Positions 40,201 to 51,900 of a stretch of 64,000 nucleotides of DNA are shown here, piece by piece. The first letter of the stretch is position 1. Every line of letters begins with the position of its first letter. The position numbers and the translations under genes are program-made. The stretch lies in assembly GCA_964016885.1 (NCBI GenBank), contig OZ024743.1, positions 133,176,001-133,240,000 of the forward strand, written 5' to 3'. Under the pieces are notes generated by a model. The model ran no database searches and was not told the origin of the DNA. It saw only the letters and a list, made by a program, of their open reading frames with translations. This DNA comes from Eledone cirrhosa. Taxonomy: Eukaryota.

Positions 40201-42250
40201 TGTTTGGTGTTTGGTGCTTGGTGCTTGGGGCTTGGTGTTTGGTGCCTGGGGCTTGGTGTTAGGTGTTTGGTGCTTGGTGCTTGGGGCTTGGTGTCTGGTG
40301 CTTGGTGCTTGGTGCTTGGTGTTTAGTGTTTGGTGTTTGGTGCTTGGTGTTTGGTGCTTGGTGCTTGTTGCTTGGTGGTTGGTGTTTGGTGCTTGGTGCT
40401 TGGTGTTTGGTGCTTGGTGCTTGGTGCTTGTTGTTTGGTGCTTGGTGCTTGGTGCTTGGTCTTTGGTGCTTGGAGTTTGGTGGTTGGTGCTTGGTGCTTG
40501 GTGTTTGGTGCCTGGTGCTTGGTGCTTCGTGTTTGGCGTTTGCTGTTTGCTGTTTGCTGTTTGGTGCTTGCTGTTTGGTGTTTGGTGTTTGGTGTTTGGT
40601 GTTTGGTGTTTGCTGTTTGCTGTATGGTGTTTGCTGTTTCGTATTTGGTTTTTGCTGTTTGGTGTTTGGTGTTTGCTGTTTGGTGTTTAGTGTTTGGTGC
40701 ATGGTCCTTGGTGTTTGTTCTTTGGTGCTTGGTGCTTGGTGTTTGGTGCTTGGTGCTTGCTGTTTGGTGCTTGGTGCTTGGTGTTTGGTGTTTGGTGTTT
40801 GGTGCCTGGTGCTTGGTGTTTGGTGCTTGGTGCTTGGTGCTGGGTGTTTGTTGCTTGGTGCTTGGTGTTTGGTGCTTGGTGCTTGGTGCTTGGTGCTTGG
40901 TGCTTGGTGATTGGTCTTTGGTGCTTGGGGTTTGGTGTTTGGTTATTGGTGCTTGGTGTTTGGTGGTTGGTGCTTGGTGCTTGGTGTTTGGTGTTTGGTG
41001 CTTGCTGCTTGGTGCTTGGTGTTTGATGCTTGGTGCTTGGTGTTTGGTGTTTGGTGCTTGGTGCGTGGGACTTGGTGTTTGGTGCTTGGTGTTTGGTGCT
41101 TGGTGTTTGGTGCTTGGTGCTTGGTGCTTGGTGTTTGGTGTTTGATGCTTGCTGCCTGGTGCTTGGTGTTTTGTGTTTGGAGTTTGGTGCTTGGTGTTTG
41201 GTGCTTCGGTCTTGGTGCTTGGTGTTTGGTGCTTGGTGCTTGGTGTTTGGTGCTTGGTGCCTGGTGCTTGGTGTTTGGTGCTTGGTGCTTGGTGTTTGGT
41301 GATTGGTGCTTGGTGTTTGGTGCTTGGTGCTTGGTGCTTGGTGCTTGGTGTTAGGTGTTTGGTGCTTGATGCTTGGTGTTTGTTGTTTGGTCCTTGGTGC
41401 TTGGTGTTTGGTGCTTGGTGCTTGGTGATTGGTGTTTGGTGTTTGGTGCTTGCTGCTTGCTGCTTGGTGTTTGGTGCTTGGTGATTGGTGCTTGGTGTTT
41501 TGTGCTTGGTGCTTGGTGTTTGGTGTTTGGTGCTAGGGGCTTGGTGCTTGGTGCTTGGTGTTTGGTGCTTGGTGCTTGCTGTTTGTTGTTTGGTGCTTGG
41601 TGCGTGGGACTTAGTGTTTGATGTTTGGTGCTTGGTGTTTGGTGCTTGGTGTTTGGGGCTTGGTGTTCGGTGCTTGGTGCTTGGTGCTTGGGGCTTGGTG
41701 TTTGGTGTTTGGTGCTAGGTGCTTGGTGTTTGATGTTGGGTCCTTGGTGCTTGGTGTTTGGTGTTTGGTGCTTGGTTTTTGGTGTTTGGTGCTTGGTGCT
41801 TGATGTTTGGTGTTTGGTGCTTGGTGCTTGGGGCTTGGTGTTTGGTGCTTGGTGCTTGGTGTTTGGTGTTTGGTGCTTGGTGCTTGGGGCTTGGTGTTTA
41901 GTGCTTGGTGCTTGGTGCTTGGTGTTTAGTGTTTGGTGTTTGGTGCTTGGTGTTTGGTGCTTGGTGCTTGGTGCTGGGTGGTTGGTGTTTGGTGCTTGGT
42001 GCTTGGTGTTTGGTGCTTGGTGCTTGGTGCTTGTTGTTTGGTGCTTGGTGCTTGGTGCTTGGTCTTTGGTGCTTGGAGTTTGGTGGTTGGTGCTTGGTGC
42101 TTGGTGTTTGGTGTTTGGTGTTTGCTGTTTGGTGTTTGCTGTTTGGTGTCTGCTTTTTGGTGTTTGGTGTTTGCTGTATGGTGTTTACTGTTTCGTATTT
42201 GGTTTTTGCTGTTTGGTGTTTGGTGTTTGCTGTTTGGTGTTTGGTGTTTG
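33490..42250 (-). repeat. Diverged dispersed and tandem modules (offsets ~5.1-5.3 kb and ~1.6 kb)
   Basis: Similar ORFs at 33503/38849, 34309/39451 and 34739/39882/41485. Shared markers include GGTCCCTGG, CTTCGGTCTT, CTAGGGGCTT and GCGTGGGACTT. Confidence 0.7.
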
Positions 42251-45200
42251 GTGTTTGGTGCTTTGTGCTTGGTGCTTGGTGTTTGGCATTTGGTGCTTGG
42301 TGCTTGGTGTTTGGTGTTTGGTGCCTGGTGCTTGTTGTATGCTGTTTGGTGCTTGGTGCTTGGTGTTTGGTGTTTGCTGCTTGGTGTCTGGTGTTTGGTG
42401 CTTGGTGTTTGGTGTTTGGTGCTTGGTGCTTGGTGCTTGGTATTTGGTGTTTGATGCTTGGTGCTTGGTGATTGTTGTTTGGTGCTGGGTGCTTGGAGTT
42501 TGGTGCTTGGTGCTTGGTGCTTAGTGCTTGGTGTTTGGTGTTTGGTGCTTGGTGTTGGGTGTTTGGTGTTTGATGCTTGGTGTGTGCTGCTTGGTGCTTG
42601 GTGCTTGGTGTTTTGTGTTTGGTGCTTGGTGCTTGGTGCCTGGTGCTTGGTGCTTGGTGCTTGTTGTTTGGTGCTTGGTGCTTGGTGATTAGTGTTTGGT
42701 GCTTGGTGCTTGGGGTTTGCTGTTTGGTGCTTGGTGCTTGGTGTTTGGTGCTTGGTGCTTGGTGTTTGGTGTTTGGTGCTTGGTGCTTGGTGTTTGGGTT
42801 TTGGTGCTTGGTGCTTGGTGTTTGGTGTTTGGTGCTTGGTGTTTGGTGCTTGGTGTTTGGTGCTGAGTGCTTGGTGTTTGGTGTTTGACGCTTGGTGTTT
42901 GATGCTTGTTGCTTGGTGCTTGGTGTTTTGTGTTTGGTGTTTGGTGCTTGGTGTATGTACTTGGTGCTTGGTTCTTGGTGTTTGGTGCTTGGTTCTTGGT
43001 GTTTGGTGATTGGTGCTTGGTGCTTGGTGTTTGGTGCTTGGTGCTTGGTGTTTGATGCTTGGTGCTTGGTGCTTGGTGTTAAGTGTTTGGGGCTTGGTGC
43101 TTGGTGCATGGTGCTTGGTGTTTGGTGCTTGGTGCCTGGTGCTTGGTGTTTGGTGCTTGGTGCTTGGTGCTTGGTGTTTGGTGCTTGGTATTTGGTGCTT
43201 GGTGCTTGGTGTTTGGTGCTTGGTGTTTGGTGCTTGGTGTTCGGTGCTTGGTGCTTGGTGTTTGGTGCTTGGTGTTAGGTGATTGGTGCTTGGTGCTTGG
43301 TGTTTGATGTTTGATCCTTGGTGCTTGATGTTTGGTGCTTGGTGCTTGGTGTTTGGTGTTTGGTGCTTGCTGCTTGCTGCTTGGTGTTTGGTGCTTGGTG
43401 ATTGGTGCCTGGTGTTGGGTACTTGGTGCTTGTTGTTTGGTGTTTGGTGCTAGGTGCTTGGTGCTTGGTGCTTGGGGTTTGGTGCTTGGTGCTTGGTGTT
43501 TGGTGTTTGGTGCTTGGTGCTTGGGGCTTGGTGTTTGGTGCTTTGTGCTTGGTGCTTGTTGTTTGGTGCTTGGTGCTTGGTGCTTCGTGTTTGGTGTTTG
43601 GTGTTTGGTGCTTGGTGTTTGGTGCTTGGTGCTTGGTGCTGGGTGGTTGGTGTTTGGTGCTTGGTGCTTGGTGTTTGGTGCTTGGTGCTTGGTGCTTGTT
43701 GTTTGGTGCTTGGTGCTTGGTGCTTGGTCTTTGGTGCTTGGAGTTTGGTGGTTGGTGCTTGGTGCTTGGTGTTTGGTGTTTGGTGTTTGCTGTTTGGTGT
43801 TTGCTGTTTGGTGTCTGCTTTTTGGTGTTTGGTGTTTGCTGTATGGTGTTTGCTGTTTCGTATTTGGTTTTTGCTGTTTGGTGTTTGGTGTTTGCTGTTT
43901 GGTGTTTGGTGTTTGGTGTTTGGTGCTTTGTGCTTGGTGCTTGGTGTTTGGCATTTGGTGCTTGGTGCTTGGTGTTTGGTGCTTGGTGCTTGGTGTTTGG
44001 TGTTTGGTGCTTGGTGCCTGGTGCTTGTTGTATGCTGTTTGGTGCCTGGTGCTTGGTGTTTGGTGTTTGGTGTTTGGTGCTTGGTGTCTGGTGTTTGGTG
44101 TTTGGTGTTTGGTGCTTGCTGCTTGGTGTTTGGGTTTTGGTGCTTGGTGCTTGGTGTTTTGTGCTTGGTGCGTGGTGCTTGGTGTTTGGTGTTTGGTGCT
44201 TGGTGCTTGGTGTTTGGTGTTTGATGCTTGGTGTTTGATGCTTGTTGCTTGGTGCTTGGTGTTTTGTGTTTGGTGTTTGGTGCTTGGTGTATGTACTTGT
44301 TGCTTGGTTCTTGGTGTTTGGTGCTTGGTTCTTGGTGTTTGGTGATTGGTGCTTGGGGCTTGGTGTTTGGTGCTTGGTGCTTGGTGTTTAGTACTTGGTG
44401 CTTGGTGTTTGGTTTTTGATGCTTGGTGTTTGATGCTTGGTTCTTGGTGCTTGGTGTTAAGTGTTTGGGGCTTGGTGCTTGTTGCATGGTGCTTGGTGTT
44501 TGGTGCTTGGTGCCTGGTGCTTGGTGTTTGGTGCTTGGTGCTTGGTGCTTGGTGTTTGGTGCTTGGTATTTGGTGCTTGGTGCTTGGTGTTTGGTGCTTG
44601 GTGTTTGGTGCTTGGTGTTCGGTGCTTGGTGCTTGGTGTTTGGTGCTTGGTGTTAGGTGATTGGTGCTTGGTGCTTGGTGTTTTATGTTTGATCCTTGGT
44701 GCTTGGTGTTTGGTGCTTGGTGCTTGGTGTTTGGTGTTTGGTGCTTGGTGCCTGGTGCTTGTTGTATGCTGTTTGGTGCTTGGTGCTTGGTGTTTGGTGT
44801 TTGCTGCTTGTTGTCTGGTGTTTGGTGCTTGGTGTTTGGTGTTTGGTGCTTGGTGCTTGGTGCTTGGTATTTGGTGTTTGGTGCTTGGTGCTTGGTGTTT
44901 GTTGTTTGGTGCTGGGTGCTTGGAGTTTGGTTCTTGGTGCTTGGTGCTTAGTGCTTGGTGTTTGGTGTTTGGTGCTTGGTGTTGGGTGTTTGGTGTTTGA
45001 TGCTTGGTGTGTGCTGCTTGGTGCTTGGTGCTTGGTGTTTTTTGTTTGGTGCTTGGTGCTTGGTGCCTGGTGCTTGGTGCTTGGTGCTTGTTGTTTGGTG
45101 CTTGGTGCTTGGTGATTAGTGTTTGGTGCTTGGTGCTTGGGGTTTGCTGTTTGGTGCTTGGTGCTTGGTGTTTGGTGTTTGGTGTTTGGTGCTTGGTGTC

Positions 45201-48049
45201 TGGTGTTTGGTGTTTGGTGTTTGGTGCTTGGTGCTTGGTGTTTGGGTTTTGGTGCTTGGTGCTTGGTGTTTGGTGTTTGGTGCTTGGTGTTTGGTGCTTG
45301 GTGTTTGGTGCTGAGTGCTTGGTGTTTTGTGCTTGGTGCGTGGTGCTTGGTGTTTGGTGTTTGGCGCTTGGTGCTTGGTGTTTGGTGTTTGATGCTTGGT
45401 GTTTGATGCTTGTTGCTTGGTGCTTGGTGTTTTGTGTTTGGTGTTTCGTGCTTGGTGTATGTACTTGTTGCTTGGTTCTTGGTGTTTGGTGCTTGGTTCT
45501 TGGTGTTTGGTGATTGGTGCTTGGTGCTTGGTGTTTGGTGCTTGGTGCTTGGTGTTTGGTACTTGGTGCTTGGTGTTTGGTTTTTGATGCTTGGTGTTTG
45601 ATGCTTGGTGCTTGGTGCTTGGTGTTTAAGTGTTTGGGGCTTGGTGCTTGGTGCATGGTGCTTGGTGTTTGGTGCTTGGTGCCTGGTGCTTGGTGTTTGG
45701 TGCTTGGTGCTTGGTGCTTGGTGTTTGGTGCTTGGTATTTGGTGCTTGGTGCTTGGTGTTTGGTGCTTGGTGTTTGGTGCTTGGTGTTCGGTGCTTGGTG
45801 CTTGGTGTTTGGTGCTTGGTGTTAGGTGATTGGTGCTTGGTGCTTGGTGTTTGATGTTTGATCCTTGGTGCTTGGTGTTTGGTGCTTGGTGCTTGGTGTT
45901 TGGTGTTTGGTGCTTGTTGCTTGCTGCTTGGTGTTTGGTGCTTGGTGATTGGTGCTTGGTCTTGGGTACTTGGTGCTTGTTGTTTGGTGTTTGGTGCTAG
46001 GTGCTTGGTGCTTGGTGCTTGGGGTTTGGTGCTTGGTGCTTGGTGTTTGGTGTTTGGTGCTTGGTGCTTGGGGCTTCGTGTTTGGTGCTTTGTGCTTGGT
46101 GCTTGGTGTTTGGTGCTTGGTGCTTGGTGCTTCGTGTTTGGTGTTTGGTGTTTGGTGCTTGGTGTTTGGTGCTTGGTGCTTGGTGCTGGGTGGTTGGTGT
46201 TTGGTGCTTGGTGCTTGGTGTTTGGTGCTTGGTGGTTGGTGCTTGGGGTTTGGTGCTTGGTGCTTGGTGCTTGGTGCTTGGTCTTTGGTGCTTGGTGTTT
46301 GGTGTTTGGTGCTTGGTGCTTGGTGTTTGATGCTTGGTGCTTGGTGATTGGTGTTTGGTGCTTGGTGCTTGGTGCTTGGTGATTAGTGTTTGGTGCTTGG
46401 TGCTTGGTGCCTGGTGCTTGGTGCTTGGTGCTTGTTGTTTGATGCTTGGTGCTTGGTGATTAGTGTTTGGTGCTTGGTGCTTGGGGTTTGGTGTTTGGTG
46501 CTTGGGGTTTGGTGTTTGGTGCTTGGTGCTTGGTGTTTGGTGCTTGGTGCTTGGTGTTTGGTGGTTGGTGCTTTGTGTTTGATGCTTGGTGTTTGGTGCT
46601 TGGTGCTTGATGCTTGGTGCTTGGTGTTAGGTGTTTGGTGCTTGGTCCTTGGTGTTTAATATTTGGTCCTTGGTGCTTGGTGTTTGGTGTTTGGTGCTTG
46701 GTGCTAGGTGTTTTGTGTGTGGTGCTTGCTGCTTGGTGCTTGGTGTTTTGTGTTAGGAGTTTGGTGCTTGATGTTTGGTGCTTCTGTCTTGGTGCTTGGT
46801 GTTTGGTGTTTGGTGTTTGGTGTATGGTGCTTGGTGCTTTGTGTTTGGTGCTTCGTGCTTGGTGCTTGGTGTTTGGTGCATGGTGCTTGGTGTTTGGGGC
46901 TTGGTGCCTGGTGCTTTGTGTTTGGTGCTAGGTGCTTGGTGCTTGGTGTTAGGCGTTTGGTGCTTGGTGCTTGGTGTTTGATGTTTGGTCCTTGGTGCTT
47001 GGTGTTTGGTATTTGGTGCTTGGTGCTTGGTGTTTGGTGTTTGGTGCTTGCTGCTTGCTGCTTGGTCTTTGGTGCTTGGTGATTGGTGCTTGGTGTTTTG
47101 TGCTTGGTGCTTGGTGTTTGGTGTTTGGTGCTAGGGGCTTGGTGCTTGGTGGTTGGTGTTTGGTGCTTGGTGCTTGGTGTTTGGTGTTTGGTGCTTGGTG
47201 CGTGGGACTTGGTGTTTGGTGCTTGGTGTTTGGTGCTTGGTGTTTGGTGCTTGGTGCTTGGTGCTTGGTGTTTGGTGTTTGGTGCTTGGTATTTGGTGAT
47301 TGGTGCTTGGTGCTTGGTGTTTGGTGCTTGGTGCTTGGTGTTTGGTACTTGGTGCTTGGTGTTTGGTCTTTGGTGCTTGGTGTTTGGTGCTTGGTGCTTG
47401 GTGCTTGGTGCTTGGTCTTAAGTGTTTGGGGCTCGGTGCTTGGTGCATGGTGCTTGGTGTTTGGTGCTTGGTGCCTGGTGCTTGGTGTTTGTTGCTTGGT
47501 GCTTGGTGCTTTGTGTTTGGTGCTTGGTATTTGGTGCTTGGTGCTTGGTGTTTGGTGCTTGGTGTTTGGTGCTTGGTGTTCGGTGCTTGGTGCTTGGTGT
47601 TTGGCATTTGGTGCTTGGTGCTTGGTGTTTGGTGCTTGGTGCTTGGTGTTTGGTGTTTGGTGCTTGGTGCCTGGTGCTTGTTGTATGCTGTTTGGTGCTT
47701 GGTGCTTGGTGTTTGGTGTTTGCTGCTTGGTGTCTGGTGTTTGGTGCTTGGTGTTTGGTGTTTGGTGCTTGGTGCTTGGTGCTTGGTATTTGGTGTTTGG
47801 TGCTTGGTGCTTGGTGATTGTTGTTTGGTGCTGGGTGCTTGGAGTTTGGTGCTTGGTGCTTGGTGCTTAGTGCTTGGTGTTTGGTGTTTGGTGCTTGGTG
47901 TTGGGTGTTTGGTGTTTGATGCTTGGTGTGTGCTGCTTGGTGCTTGGTGCTTGGTGTTTTGTGTTTGGTGCTTGGTGCTTGGTGCCTGGTGCTTGGTGCT
48001 TGGTGCTTGTTGTTTGGTGCTTGGTGCTTGGTGATTAGTGTTTGGTGCT

Positions 48050-48830
48050 TGGTGCTTGGGGTTTGCTGTTTGGTGCTTGGTGCTTGGTGTTTGGTGCTTG
48101 GTGCTTGGTGTTTGGTGTTTGGTGCTTGGTGCTTGGTGTTTGGGTTTTGGTGCTTGGTGCTTGGTGTTTGGTGTTTGGTGCTTGGTGTTTGGTGCTTGGT
48201 GTTTGGTGCTGAGTGCTTGGTGTTTGGTGTTTGACGCTTGGTGTTTGATGCTTGTTGCTTGTTGCTTGGTGTTTTGTGTTTGGTGTTTGGTGCTTGGTGT
48301 ATGTACTTGGTGCTTGGTTCTTGGTGTTTGGTGCTTGGTTCTTGGTGTTTGGTGATTGGTGCTTGGTGCTTGGTGTTTGGTGCTTGGTGCTTGGTGTTTG
48401 GTACTTGGTGCTTGGTGTTTGGTTTTTGATGCTTGGTGTTTGATGCTTGGTGCTTGGTGCTTGGTGTTAAGTGTTTGGGGCTTGGCGCTTGGTGCTTGGG
48501 GTTTGCTGTTTGGTGCTTGGTGCTTGGTGTTTGGTGCTTGGTGCTTGGTGTTTGGTGTTTGGTGCTTGGTGCTTGGTGTTTGGGTTTTGGTGCTTGGTGC
48601 TTGGTGTTTGGTGTTTGGTGCTTGGTGTTTGGTGCTTGGTGTTTGGTGCTGAGTGCTTGGTGTTTGGTGTTTGACGCTTGGTGTTTGATGCTTGTTGCTT
48701 GGTGCTTGGTGTTTTGTGTTTGGTGTTTGGTGCTTGGTGTATGTACTTGGTGCTTGGTTCTTGGTGTTTGGTGCTTGGTTCTTGGTGTTTGGTGATTGGT
48801 GCTTGGTGCTTGGTGTTTGGTGCTTGGTGC
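48050..48830 (-). repeat. 440-bp offset local duplication (63 x 7 - 1)
   Basis: ORF starts at 48238/48678 and 48356/48796. CTGAGTG, TTGACGC and GTATGTAC markers recur at +440. Confidence 0.8.
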
Positions 48831-51800
48831 TTGGTGTTTGATGCTTGGTGCTTGGTGCTTGGTGTTAAGTGTTTGGGGCTTGGTGCTTGGTGCATGGTGC
48901 TTGGTGTTTGGTGCTTGGTGCCTGGTGCTTGGTGTTTGGTGCTTGGTGCTTGGTGCTTGGTGTTTGGTGCTTGGTATTTGGTGCTTGGTGCTTGGTGTTT
49001 GGTGCTTGGTGTTTGGTGCTTGGTGTTCGGTGCTTGGTGCTTGGTGTTTGGTGCTTGGTGTTAGGTGATTGGTGCTTGGTGCTTGGTGTTTGATGTTTGA
49101 TCCTTGGTGCTTGATGTTTGGTGCTTGGTGCTTGGTGTTTGGTGTTTGGTGCTTGCTGCTTGCTGCTTGGTGTTTGGTGCTTGGTGATTGGTGCTTGGTG
49201 TTGGGTAATTGGTGCTTGTTGTTTGGTGTTTGGTGCTAGGTGCTTGGTGCTTGGTGCTTGGGGTTTGGTGCTTGGTGCTTGGTGTTTGGTGTTTGGTGCT
49301 TGGTGCTTGGGGCTTGGTGTTTGGTGCTTTGTGCTTGGTGCTTGTTGTTTGGTGCTTGGTGCTTGGTGCTTCGTGTTTGGTGTTTGGTGTTTGGTGCTTG
49401 GTGTTTGGTGCTTGGTGCTTGGTGCTGGGTGGTTGGTGTTTGGTGCTTGGTGCTTGGTGTTTGGTGCTTGGTGCTTGGTGCTTGTTGTTTGGTGCTTGGT
49501 GCTTGGTGCTTGGTCTTTGGTGCTTGGAGTTTGGTGGTTGGTGCTTGGTGCTTGGTGTTTGGTGTTTGGTGTTTGCTGTTTGGTGTTTGCTGTTTGGTGT
49601 CTGCTTTTTGGTGATTGGTGTTTGCTGTATGGTGTTTGCTGTTTCGTATTTGGTTTTTGCTGTTTGGTGTTTGGTGTTTGCTGTTTGGTGTTTGGTGTTT
49701 GGTGTTTGGTGCTTTTTGCTTGATGCTTGGTGTTTGGTGTTTGGTGCTTGGTGCTTGGTGTTTGGTGCTTGGTGCTTGGTGTTTGGTGTTTGGTGCTTGG
49801 TGCCTGGTGCTTGTTGTATGCTGTTTGGTGCCTGGTGCTTGGTGTTTGGTGTTTGGTGTTTGGTGCTTGGTGTCTGGTGTTTGGTGTTTGGTGTTTGGTG
49901 CTTGGTGCTTGGTGTTTGGGTTTTGGTGCTTGGTGCTTGGTGTTTGGTGTTTGGTGCTTGGTGTTTGGTGCTTGGTGTTTGGTGCTGAGTGCTTGGTGTT
50001 TTGTGCTTGGTGCGTGGTGCTTGGTGTTTGGTGTTTGGTGCTTGGTGCTTGGTGTTTGGTGTTTGATGCTTGGTGTTTGATGCTTGTTGCTTGGTGCTTG
50101 GTGTTTTGTGTTTGGTGTTTGGTGCTTGGTGTATGTACTTGGCGCTTGGTTCTTGGTGTTTGGTGCTTGGTTCTTGGTGTTTGGTGATTGGTGCTTGGGG
50201 CTTGGTGTTTGGTGCTTGGTGCTTGGTGTTTGGTACTTGGTGCTTGGTGTTTGGTTTTTGATGCTTGGTGTTTGATGCTTGGTGCTTGGTGCTTGGTGTT
50301 AAGTGTTTGGGGCTTGGTGCTTGTTGCATGGTGCTTGGTGTTTGGTGCTTGGTGCCTGGTGCTTGGTGTTTGGTGCTTGGTGCTTGGTGCTTGGTGTTTG
50401 GTGCTTGGTATTTGGTGCTTGGTGCTTGGTGTTTGGTGCTTGGTGTTTGGTGCTTGGTGTTGGGTGCTTGGTGCTTGGTGTTTGGTGCTTGGTGTTAGGT
50501 GATTGGTGCTTGGTGCTTGGAGTTTTATGTTTGATCCTTGGTGCTTGGTGTTTGGTGCTTGGTGCTTGGTGTTTGGTGTTTGGTGCTTGGTGCCTGGTGC
50601 TTGTTGTATGCTGTTTGGTGCTTGGTGCTTGGTGTTTGGTGTTTGCTGCTTGTTGTCTGGTGTTTGGTGCTTGGTGTTTGGTGTTTGGTGCTTGGTGCTT
50701 GGTGCTTGGTGCTTGGTATTTGGTGTTTGGTGCTTGGTGCTTGGTGTTTGTTGTTTGGTGCTGGGTGCTTGGAGTTTGGTTCTTGGTGCTTGGTGCTTAG
50801 TGCTTGGTGTTTGGTGTTTGGTGCTTGGTGTTGGGTGTTTGGTGTTTGATGCTTGGTGTGTGCTGCTTGGTGCTTGGTGCTTGGTGTTTTTTGTTTGGTG
50901 CTTGGTGCTTGGTGCCTGGTGCTTGGTGCTTGGTGCTTGTTGTTTGGTGCTTGGTGCTTGGTGATTAGTGTTTGGTGCTTGGTGCTTGGGGTTTGCTGTT
51001 TGGTGCTTGGTGCTTGGTGTTTGGTGTTTGGTGTTTGGTGCTTGGTGTCTGGTGTTTGGTGTTTGGTGTTTGGTGCTTGGTGCTTGGTGTTTGGGTTTTG
51101 GTGCTTGGTGCTTGGTGTTTGGTGTTTGGTGCTTGATGTTTGGTGCTTGGTGTTTGGTGCTGAGTGCTTGGTGTTTTGTGCTTGGTGCGTGGTGCTTGGT
51201 GTTTGGTGTTTGGCGCTTGGTGCTTGGTGTTTGGTGTTTGATGCTTGGTGTTTGATGCTTGTTGCTTGGTGCTTGGTGTTTTGTGTTTGGTGTTTCGTGC
51301 TTGGTGTATGTACTTGTTGCTTGGTTCTTGGTGTTTGGTGCTTGGTTCTTGGTGTTTGGTGTTTGCTGCTTGGTGTCTGGTGTTTGGTGCTTGGTGTTTG
51401 GTGTTTGGTGCTTGGTGCTTGGTGCTTGGTATTTGGTGTTTGGTGCTTGGTGCTTGGTGATTGTTGTTTGGTGCTGGGTGCTTGGAGTTTGGTGCTTGGT
51501 GCTTGGTGCTTAGTGCTTGGTGTTTGGTGTTTGGTGCTTGGTGTTGGGTGTTTGGTGTTTGATGCTTGGTGTGTGCTGCTTGGTGCTTGGTGCTTGGTGT
51601 TTTGTGTTTGGTGCTTGGTGCTTGGTGCCTGGTGCTTGGTGCTTGGTGCTTGTTGTTTGGTGCTTGGTGCTTGGTGATTAGTGTTTGGTGCTTGGTGCTT
51701 GGGGTTTGCTGTTTGGTGCTTGGTGCTTGGTGTTTGGTGCTTGGTGCTTGGTGTTTGGTGTTTGGTGCTTGGTGCTTGGTGTTTGGGTTTTGGTGCTTGG

Positions 51801-51900
51801 TGCTTGGTGTTTGGTGTTTGACGCTTGGTGTTTGATGCTTGTTGCTTGGTGCTTGGTGTTTTGTGTTTGGTGTTTGGTGCTTGGTGTATGTACTTGGTGC

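Noticed and set aside
33503-48234. Offset of 5346 bp seen twice (33503/38849 and 42577/47923) as a regular period
   Set aside because: Intervening modules do not keep this offset (5142, 5786, 5849), so it is likely coincidence.
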